Assembly (NCBI GenBank): GCA_049472335.1
Contig: JBLIRO010000071.1
Location: forward strand, 1-25,645
DNA: 25,645 nt
Direction of reading: 5' to 3'
Origin: a bacterium
GTDB lineage: Bacteria; SZUA-182; DTGQ01; JAFGSM01
Part shown: positions 18,634-25,645 of the stretch, piece by piece
Layout of the letters: the number at the start of each line of letters is the position of its first letter
How positions within the stretch are numbered: position 1 is the stretch's first letter
Position numbers and translations under genes: made by a program
The notes under the pieces: model-generated
What the model was told of the DNA's origin: nothing
Databases searched by the model: none
Seen by the model: the letters and a program-made list of their open reading frames with translations, nothing else

Positions 18634-18961
18634 ACACATTTTAGATGAAACAGAATTTCTCTTAAATGAAACGAGGGGACTTACCTACGAAGAATTTGTT
18701 TCCAATGAATTATTAAAGAGAGGATGTACTAGAAGCCTTGAAATTATAGGTGAAGCGGTAAAAAATATCTCTGCTGATTTAAAAGAAAGATATGAGGATA
18801 TCCAATGGAAAAAGATTGCCGGAATGATAGATAAAATTATTCATTATTATTTTGGAGTAAATTGGGATATTGTATGGGCTACTATACAGGATAGGATTTA
18901 TGAGCTAAAGAAAAAAATAGAAAAAGTTATTAATGAAATAGAAAATAAAAAAGAAATATAA
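18608..18961 (+). CDS. HEPN/DUF86 (HepT-like) RNase toxin, catalytic Arg substituted
   Basis: RSLEIIGEAVK...IQWKKIAGMIDKIIHYYFGVNWDIVW; overlaps the MNT gene. Confidence 0.85.
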   Translation: MKQNLPYLKHILDETEFLLNETRGLTYEEFVSNELLKRGCTRSLEIIGEAVKNISADLKERYEDIQWKKIAGMIDKIIHYYFGVNWDIVWATIQDRIYELKKKIEKVINEIENKKEI

Positions 18962-19069
18962 GAAATGAGACAAGAAGGAAAGAATAGGATTAACGGTTTT
19001 AGAGCTTAATAATAGTTCAAAGATATCCCGTAATCAAATAATGGGGAGCAGTATATTTTAATCAATTTT

Positions 19070-19424
19070 TCATATATATTTTAAGCCAAACTTAAGTTCC
19101 AATCCTAATTGTATCGCCTCAAGCAGCTCTTGTTTTATTCCCTGTTCGAGTCCCTTATGAATCCCCCTGACGAATCTCTTTATTAGTTATGGTTGGCATT
19201 ATGGCACTGATGACTTACTTTAAATTTTCTAGTGTTTTATCCCTGGGGCCCCGGAGATTATTTCCTTAATGAGGTCTGCTATGTCAAAGAACTACTCCCT
19301 GAAATTGTCATGGAAGATATATTTGAGTTACAGAAGAAACAACCTGAGTTTAACTCCCCCCCTTTATCTGAACATCACTGAGATGTGAGAGGACGCAGAA
19401 AATATAGGTAACATCCTGTATATA
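19070..19424 (-). pseudogene. Decayed C-terminal part of an Rpn/YhgA-like nuclease
   Basis: YIQDVTYIFCVLSHLSDVQIKGGVKLRLFLL*LKYIF... and MPTI.../GIHKGLEQGIKQELLEAIQLGLELKFG, with stops and frameshifts. Confidence 0.65.
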
Positions 19425-19720
19425 TACAGAAAGGATTAGCTAAAAGGGAAGAAAAGATCAAAGAATTGTATAATTATTTTCCATTTTGCTTTGCAATGAT
19501 AGATGATAAAAAGGATGATGGGGAAAAGCCCCTGTATAGCTGATGTTGTCAATATACGATAAAAAGCTTTATAAGAGCTTAAACTAATAAACTAACACCG
19601 TCCCCTTTACCCCCTCTAGGGCTGGTTAGGGAGAGGAAAAGGGTTGTTTGGGGTATATAAAAGTATAATCCTGTTGCATCAAAAAAAATTTGTAGAATTT
19701 TAAAGAAATATTTAGTAAAA

Positions 19721-19758
19721 TGAAAAAGCACCTGAAACAAGATCCGGTTTCAGGCGCT
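19721..19758 (-). terminator. Intrinsic terminator
   Basis: AGCGCCUGAAAC-8 nt-GUUUCAGGUGCU then UUUU; the G-U pair and U-tract work only on the minus strand. Confidence 0.75.
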
Positions 19759-20180
19759 CACGAATTTCAAAACCAAAGCTCTTCGGCTTTATGAGCAAAA
19801 GCCGCTATGGGATCAAAACGTGGCGGCTTGAAGAGTATACGATAAGTAGGTTAAGAAGACCGCCATATCACTGGGTGTGCTGGTCGTCCGGGCGTCCGCT
19901 GCTTGAGTTCCTGCCAGGCTCGAAGGTTCCTTTTAACAGGTGCGTATTCGGCGATACCTGGGATCTCAAGGGACGTGATTAAGGTTAACTATAATTACCA
20001 TTTCGCCCTAGCGCCACGGAGCTAATCCAAAAATGCACATGCCATCCATCCGCAAACTACTTTTACATCTATAACTTTAACACCAGCCACTAACGCTACC
20101 ATCCGGGCGTGGGCTGAATGAAAGCACCTCCTATGACTCGCGCCTGCGCCTTCATGTCGTTCACCTCCTCTCCGTGATTG
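19721..20180 (-). ncRNA. Candidate large structured RNA or structured small-ORF mRNA
   Basis: Six consecutive stem domains, GC-rich relative to flanks, mostly minus-strand G-U polarity, own terminator, two small ORFs. Confidence 0.5.
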
Positions 20181-20699
20181 AATAATAGAAGTGCGTAATG
20201 TGCCTTTCTGGTTTAATAGACGAAAGAAAATATATTTTTCCCCTGATTATTTTTTTATGCGATTAAATCTGCCCATGATATATAGTTCACGTTTATGGTG
20301 CATGTCGATAGGACTATGCGACCAATTATTTAGTGCTCGAGTGGTTGGACGCCTGACTGCATACGCGAAAGATGTCCCTTGGATGATTAATAAGGAAGAT
20401 GCCGGGCGCAATGAATGCTTACCACACTACTTCCAATACATCTGACTATATCCTGCATACAAAAAAATAGGCTAACATGAGGAAACGCAACTCATTTTCC
20501 TTCCCTTAAAATCTTCTAACGGACTTGAAGCGATACATTATAAAATAGACTAAGCAATACCTGAGATATTCTTTTATAAAATCTACCTCATCCCCGTTAC
20601 GTGGTGGAACCCAACAATTCATCATTTTAAAAAAATAACCCTAATATTTTTATTGACAAAAACCCACATAATGCTATGTCATATCTAACCTAAAGGTGC

Positions 20700-20840
20700 A
20701 TATTCTTGCTCTCAAGATCGATGTAATCAATATTGCGACACTTCCGGAATTCCTCTGAAGGGGAAAAAATCCCCTAAGGCACACCAATAGTGTAAAATAT
20801 TGGTAGGGTTATGATAGAGCCAGGGGTTATGCGGGAATAT
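20700..20840 (+). ncRNA. Candidate multi-stem RNA element
   Basis: 10-bp closing stem plus internal hairpins downstream of TTGACA at 20653. Confidence 0.3.
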
Positions 20841-21063
20841 AATCAAAAAAATAATAGTCGTACATTGTTTCTTCAATTATCTTGGTTTCCTTCCTCACTG
20901 GAGGGCTGTGGGCCTGGGGCTGCCAAAGGCCAAGATGTTTTAAGACCTTCTCCCACGACAAGCTGGTTATTGATTATAGCGCCAATCCTCATTTCGTGCA
21001 GACAATGCCGGCAAATGAAGCGGGTTCACCTCATACACGAGCTTAATAAGCTCGGCCCATTTT

Positions 21064-21438
21064 TTACTGCCTTTTTAGGGGGAAGCGGGGCATAAGAGAT
21101 AACTCTTCAGACCTCCGCTTGTCTTTTAAAATCTCATCTATGCAAGCCACATTTCTTGCAGCTTGATTATAGTATTCGGCATGTTTAACTCTAGAAGCGA
21201 GCTTGCTGAACATCTTCACTTCGATAACAACTAAATGGATAGCATTAGAACGAACGGATAAATCTCCATGACCATTATTCCCAATCTCAAAGTGGCCAAT
21301 TACGCCATCAGCATATGTATAGGACTCTCCTAATTTATCTTTTCGTTCACTTGGAAGAAAAGGTGAACATAGAAGTGCTTCCGAATACCATCTCCCTTTA
21401 GCAGGAAATGATAAGTCTATCAGAAAAATATGAATAGT
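21064..21438 (-). pseudogene. Start-less fragment of a PD-(D/E)XK-like nuclease
   Basis: 124 open codons: WYSEALL...ESYTYADGVIGHF...VVIEVKMFSKL...YYNQAARNVAC; no start codon or SD at its 5' end. Confidence 0.6.
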
Positions 21439-22149
21439 TTACTTTCATTTGATCATCTTATTTTTTTAGATATTGAATATTTTTAACCAATTTAAGAGAG
21501 ATAGATTTGGGTTAAGTGTGATTTATTAAACTCATTGTTTCATAATATTATTATCGACATCTTAAGCTTAAAAGATTCTCTTGGATCCTATCATTATGGC
21601 ATAAATCCAATATGCGATCTTCTGGGATAGAACAATCACATAACACAAATGTGATCCTAATCAAAAGCCTGAACAGATGGAGAAGCTTGAAGCTTTGTTT
21701 TTACGCTCTCTCCAATAATATTAATAATAACCGTAACTAACTAATTTTTTTAGCCGTCCAATATATCGATTCCTTAAATTTATATAATTTAGAGAATACA
21801 TTGTTTGTTTCAAGCAAAAAAATTAATTCAATTCTATTTTATAAAAAATATGCAATATATAAAAGATATGGCAAAATAATAGTTAAAAAATTCATTTTAT
21901 ATCGGTGACCTGTTGTTCCTGTAAAAAGTTACATCCTGTCATACTGAAACGATTTTATACGTTGTTAACTAGACACCTTTCTTAGAGATACAACATAATC
22001 TGGCAGGATCTTTTGTATTTAAGCTTCTTACGGGATTATCATAATTCAATAAATTACTCAATTAGGGGGGAATTAATGAACTTTGTCTTTTAAACCTGTC
22101 CATATTAAAAATATCATAAAATTGTATTCAATTGAAAGGAAGGATTATT

Positions 22150-23754
22150 ATGTATAAGATGTTAAAGATTTATGGCCTTTTAATATTTTTTTCAATGTCC
22201 TTGATATTTTCTTCGATTTTTGTTCCAAGAGTTAAGCCTGTCTTTGCCGACGGAATCGGCATTGGAATTGAGGGAAACATTATTCCGGAGTTGGCGCAAA
22301 AGGCCCTTATTATCTGGGATGAAGACGAAGAAATATTGGTCCTTAACGCCTCCTTTGGAATAGACTCTCTGTCGGATTTTTACTGGATTATCCCTTTTCA
22401 ATCAGACGAAGACCCGACCGTTCGCGGCTCAAATAATGAAGTTTTTGACTATTTAGAGGATATTTTTTCTGTTAATGTTAGGTCAGATTGGACACAATAT
22501 TCATCCTCATATAATTATGGCGGATCAGGTGCAGGTATAGAGGTAATTGAAATAAAAGAAATAAGCGTATATGACCTGGTTATTGTCTGGGCTGACGATG
22601 CGGAAATTCTCATCAAATACTTAGAGGACAACAACTTTGATCCCTCCAACAAATTTGAAGATATTATTGAAGATTACATTGAAAAATATGATGAGTGTTA
22701 CTTTGTGCTCAACAAGATTGATTTGAATAATGAATTTTCAGGTTCTTTAGATGATCTTAAGGCATATAGCCTGGGGATATATAATGATTTAATGGCAGAG
22801 GATATAGATTCGGATGATATATCAGACGTAATCGAGGATCTGAAATATGCCATAGCTCAGGATATAAAGGATAATAAAGCCTATGTGGCAAATTCCTTTA
22901 TAGGATATATTATGGATAAAGATGATTACGAAGACCTGATGGAAGATTGGAATGATAATGATATAACATCATCCAAATTAAGGGACGAAGTCGGAGAATA
23001 TCTAATAGAATCAGAACTTTTTAAGACAATTTATGACCTTTTTGAGGGTGCAGGCACTCCGATTGAGATCACCTTTAACCCTGATGAGCCAATATTTCCA
23101 CTCTATATGACATCCCTGGGCAGTAATTTCGGGGGTGTAGATGTATATTTTGCCGGACCTTATCCAGTTTCAGATGAAAACAACATCCTTACCCGATGGG
23201 CATATACGGAACTTACATCCACTATTGAAGAGGATTTGGAAGATTACCTCGATCTTAATATCCCGACTGAAGCTGTTTACATAACACATCTAATCTTTAG
23301 AGGATACATGGATGACATAGATGATGACTCGGTTTTTATTAAATACAACCAATCATCCGGTACCATACCATATAATCCTTATTATCCTGGTTACCCTTAT
23401 TATCCTATTATGAATCCTTATGCCTATACAATGCCTTATTCATTTCCAACATTTCCTGGTTATAGTTTTCCTTCTATGTTCGGCGGTTTCTCTTATAACT
23501 TTCCATACGGGGGTAGCGGATTCTTTGGCTCTATTTATGGTGGATTTGGAGGGCTGTACGGAAGCACTTTCGGAGGCTTATACGGCGGATTTTCAGGCAC
23601 CTTTGGCGGCCTGTATGGAAGCGGTTTTTATGGTGGATTTTCGGGCACCTTTGGCGGCCTGTATGGGAGAAGTTTCTTCCCCGGCTCCACGAGTATCTTT
23701 GGTGGCCTGTATGGAAGCAGTTACTTCCCAAATTATACAAGATGGCCCTTTTAG
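22150..23754 (+). CDS. Secreted DUF2330-like protein with acidic insert and Tyr/Pro then GGLYG low-complexity tail
   Basis: Signal peptide ending VFA-DG; QKALIIW, FYWIIP and PIFPLYMTSL blocks; five FGGLYG copies; ATG 22150 follows SD GGAAGGA. Confidence 0.8.
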   Translation: MYKMLKIYGLLIFFSMSLIFSSIFVPRVKPVFADGIGIGIEGNIIPELAQKALIIWDEDEEILVLNASFGIDSLSDFYWIIPFQSDEDPTVRGSNNEVFDYLEDIFSVNVRSDWTQYSSSYNYGGSGAGIEVIEIKEISVYDLVIVWADDAEILIKYLEDNNFDPSNKFEDIIEDYIEKYDECYFVLNKIDLNNEFSGSLDDLKAYSLGIYNDLMAEDIDSDDISDVIEDLKYAIAQDIKDNKAYVANSFIGYIMDKDDYEDLMEDWNDNDITSSKLRDEVGEYLIESELFKTIYDLFEGAGTPIEITFNPDEPIFPLYMTSLGSNFGGVDVYFAGPYPVSDENNILTRWAYTELTSTIEEDLEDYLDLNIPTEAVYITHLIFRGYMDDIDDDSVFIKYNQSSGTIPYNPYYPGYPYYPIMNPYAYTMPYSFPTFPGYSFPSMFGGFSYNFPYGGSGFFGSIYGGFGGLYGSTFGGLYGGFSGTFGGLYGSGFYGGFSGTFGGLYGRSFFPGSTSIFGGLYGSSYFPNYTRWPF

Positions 23755-23790
23755 ATTAATAATTTTTATACGGCAGGAAAAAAATGGATA

Positions 23791-23824
23791 CAAAAGGCCC
23801 TCTCGTTAACGAGAGGGCCTTTTG
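23791..23824. terminator. Bidirectional terminator, perfect 34-bp palindrome
   Basis: CAAAAGGCCCTCTCGTT/AACGAGAGGGCCTTTTG between convergent genes. Confidence 0.85.
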
Positions 23825-23929
23825 ATAGTTAGCTTCACACACCAGGCTGCCTAGTTTTGATCAGCATAGGCATTAGGAAAGGAATAACTCATTTCAAATA
23901 CCATAAATTTCAGAATCTCGATGCCAAAG

Positions 23930-25645
23930 CTATTTGACCGGTTTTTTAGATTTAGCAGGTTTTTCAGACTCAACCGTCAAATAGTTCCAATCAATTTCAT
24001 GGATCCCATTATTTATGTCATCGAAATGACTTCCCAACACCAACATAGTATTTCTGTCACAACTTGAAAGCGCACCATTTACAAGATCAATAATATTGGT
24101 CTTTTGACAGAATTCGATATCACTATTACGAATGAGGCATTGGTTAGAATTGGAATAGTACGGGAAATATACAACAGAACCGGGGCCGTAAATGTCACCA
24201 TTGATTTCTTCATGAAATGAAGCATTCAACAACGAGGCCACTGCGGCTCTGAAAAGATTTCTTGCCGCACCGATAATACCGTTTCCTCCTCTTAATTTTA
24301 AAGCTCTAAGCAGAGTTATATCCTTAAATTTGCTTATGGCATTATCACCACAATCAGGCAGTGCAAACAAATCTCCCAATGTCCAGTCTGTTTCATAAGC
24401 GGTGTATTGCCATGCATTATGCCCGTTTTTAGTTTTTGGAGTATGATTTTTCCAAAAACCCGGTGTAAATGCCCAATAAAGGCCACGGTAAGAGGCGGAA
24501 TCATCATCACTTACACATATTCTATAACACCCTGTTACTGTTGCTGTGTTCTGGAATGGGCCGTCTTCCCCGGTGAATTCAGCAATAAATGGTCCAATGA
24601 CACATTCTCTTTGCTCACCCGGCTCTAAGGATTCTATTAAGCAATCCAAATTTTCATCGATGTATGACTGATAATTAGAATCAACTAATTTGATATCGCT
24701 TAATGGAACATTACCAGTATTCATGATTACAAAGCGGTACCATATTTCAGAACCTACCAGGACTGTAATAGAGTCAGACCAGTTCAATCCATCATTGGAG
24801 ATCTCTTTGTCAATCCTGATTTTATGATCCAGGCCGAAATAACAGCTTGAATCCTCATCCCGGACCTCAGCTCCTGCATGATATCCATTCACTATCCCGA
24901 TGTTTGAGTAATCGCCCGCAATTGCAGTACCTTGTGCGCTGCAGGTTATGCACTCATCAATTTCCAGTGTATTCTTCGGGCAGGTGACTGTTTCACCTTC
25001 ACTGTCTTCCACAGTAAGCTCTATACCGATGTTGCTTTGATTGCATACATTGTATGTCCAGGTCACAGGATCATCTACCAAAAGTGTAGGACATTCTTCA
25101 CCGTTGGTCATTTTCTCAATATTAATATCCAGATAAAAACCATAGTAGCAGCTTGGGTCATTTGCCTCATCAGAGTATGTGCCATAGTAACCCGTGGCCG
25201 TTCCTATGTTCTTATAAGGACCTTCCACTGCAGTGCCGGAAGCTGTGCAGGTCATGGATGTGTCAACATCCAGGCTGTCCTGAGGGCAGGTAACGGCTTC
25301 GCCCCGATCATCTGTAACCGTGATTTTTGTCAGGGGAACCGTACCCTCGTTGGTTACCAGGTATTCCCAGGTCACTGCTTCGTCTACTCGAATGTCAGGG
25401 CACTCCTTGCCGTTTGTCGTCTTCTCTATCCCTATCTCTACTATAACTCCAGTGTAGCAGCTTTCATCACTGGCAACTGTTGAATAATCGCCGTAATTAC
25501 CCTCAGCAGTTCCTGTGTTCTTATAATAACCTTTCATGGCAGTGCCGAAAGCCTTGCAGGTCATGGACGTGTCAACATCCAGGCTGTCCTGAGGGCAGGT
25601 AACGGCTTCGCCCCGATCATCTGTAACCGTGATTTTTGTCAGGGG
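23930..25645 (-). CDS. Large surface protein, 5'-partial: tandem ~100-aa Ig-like (DUF11-like) repeats and a C-terminal TPGFWKNH domain
   Basis: Frame open to the window edge (PLTKITVTDDRGEAVTCPQDSLDVDTSM...); repeats of IEKxTNG...VTWxYxVxN...TC.A.GTA..G.Y.N. Confidence 0.85.
   Translation of the reverse strand, partial: PLTKITVTDDRGEAVTCPQDSLDVDTSMTCKAFGTAMKGYYKNTGTAEGNYGDYSTVASDESCYTGVIVEIGIEKTTNGKECPDIRVDEAVTWEYLVTNEGTVPLTKITVTDDRGEAVTCPQDSLDVDTSMTCTASGTAVEGPYKNIGTATGYYGTYSDEANDPSCYYGFYLDINIEKMTNGEECPTLLVDDPVTWTYNVCNQSNIGIELTVEDSEGETVTCPKNTLEIDECITCSAQGTAIAGDYSNIGIVNGYHAGAEVRDEDSSCYFGLDHKIRIDKEISNDGLNWSDSITVLVGSEIWYRFVIMNTGNVPLSDIKLVDSNYQSYIDENLDCLIESLEPGEQRECVIGPFIAEFTGEDGPFQNTATVTGCYRICVSDDDSASYRGLYWAFTPGFWKNHTPKTKNGHNAWQYTAYETDWTLGDLFALPDCGDNAISKFKDITLLRALKLRGGNGIIGAARNLFRAAVASLLNASFHEEINGDIYGPGSVVYFPYYSNSNQCLIRNSDIEFCQKTNIIDLVNGALSSCDRNTMLVLGSHFDDINNGIHEIDWNYLTVESEKPAKSKKPVK
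25246..25645 (-). repeat. Intragenic repeat with 309-bp period
   Basis: 25246-25336 and 25555-25645 differ at 1 of 91 positions. Confidence 0.9.

Noticed and set aside
11785..19606. Integron cassette array or prophage
   Set aside because: No integrase, no repeated attC-like palindromes and no phage genes seen.
19721..20180. tmRNA, RNase P, SRP, 6S or hammerhead identity
   Set aside because: Diagnostic motifs (tRNA-like ends, GAGGAAAGUCC, full SRP helix 8, CUGANGA/GAAA core) are absent or only partial.
20741..20830. c-di-GMP-II or cobalamin riboswitch
   Set aside because: Only short words match (GGAA..UGAA..GGCAC, GAGCCAG); the required pseudoknot partner and core motifs are missing.
20191..20840. 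Group II intron starting at GTGCG
   Set aside because: No domain V/VI motif and no reverse transcriptase ORF found.
19791..21095. Plus-strand ORFs 19791-19982, 20191-20445 and 20811-21095
   Set aside because: No clear SD and no recognisable motifs; two of them overlap the candidate RNA elements.
1..25645. Genome-wide UGA=Gly recoding (genetic code 25)
   Set aside because: Long Gly-rich ORFs contain no in-frame TGA, and several genes end plausibly at TGA.

Overview
AT-rich bacterial window, probably from an anaerobe that uses selenocysteine. It has four parts. (1) 1-8.1 kb and 22-25.6 kb hold exported or surface proteins: a partial Cys/Asp-repeat protein, a Pro/Thr-rich protein with an uncharged mature region, a Cys/Thr/Gly-repeat protein, a PEP-CTERM protein, a Gly-Gly-Leu-Tyr repeat protein, a DUF2330-like protein with a GGLYG tail and a partial Ig-like repeat protein. 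An aldehyde:ferredoxin oxidoreductase remnant also lies here. (2) 8.6-11.4 kb holds a four-gene operon (HD hydrolase, FrdX-like ferredoxin, YgbA-like protein, membrane protein) behind a class II Crp/Fnr (HcpR-type) site. Upstream of it is an AhpD/CMD-family selenoprotein with a CxxU motif and SECIS-like hairpin that the ORF track missed. (3) 11.8-21.5 kb is a mosaic of intact and broken toxin-antitoxin genes, three scrambled GC-rich RND transporter fragments (3' end present twice), IS91-like, Rpn-like and nuclease fragments, and a 1012-aa secreted beta-propeller protein. (4) Three intergenic stretches look like structured RNAs; the best is a ~450-nt minus-strand element at 19.7-20.2 kb ending in an intrinsic terminator. 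Family calls come from motif recognition only; no searches or folding programs were run.
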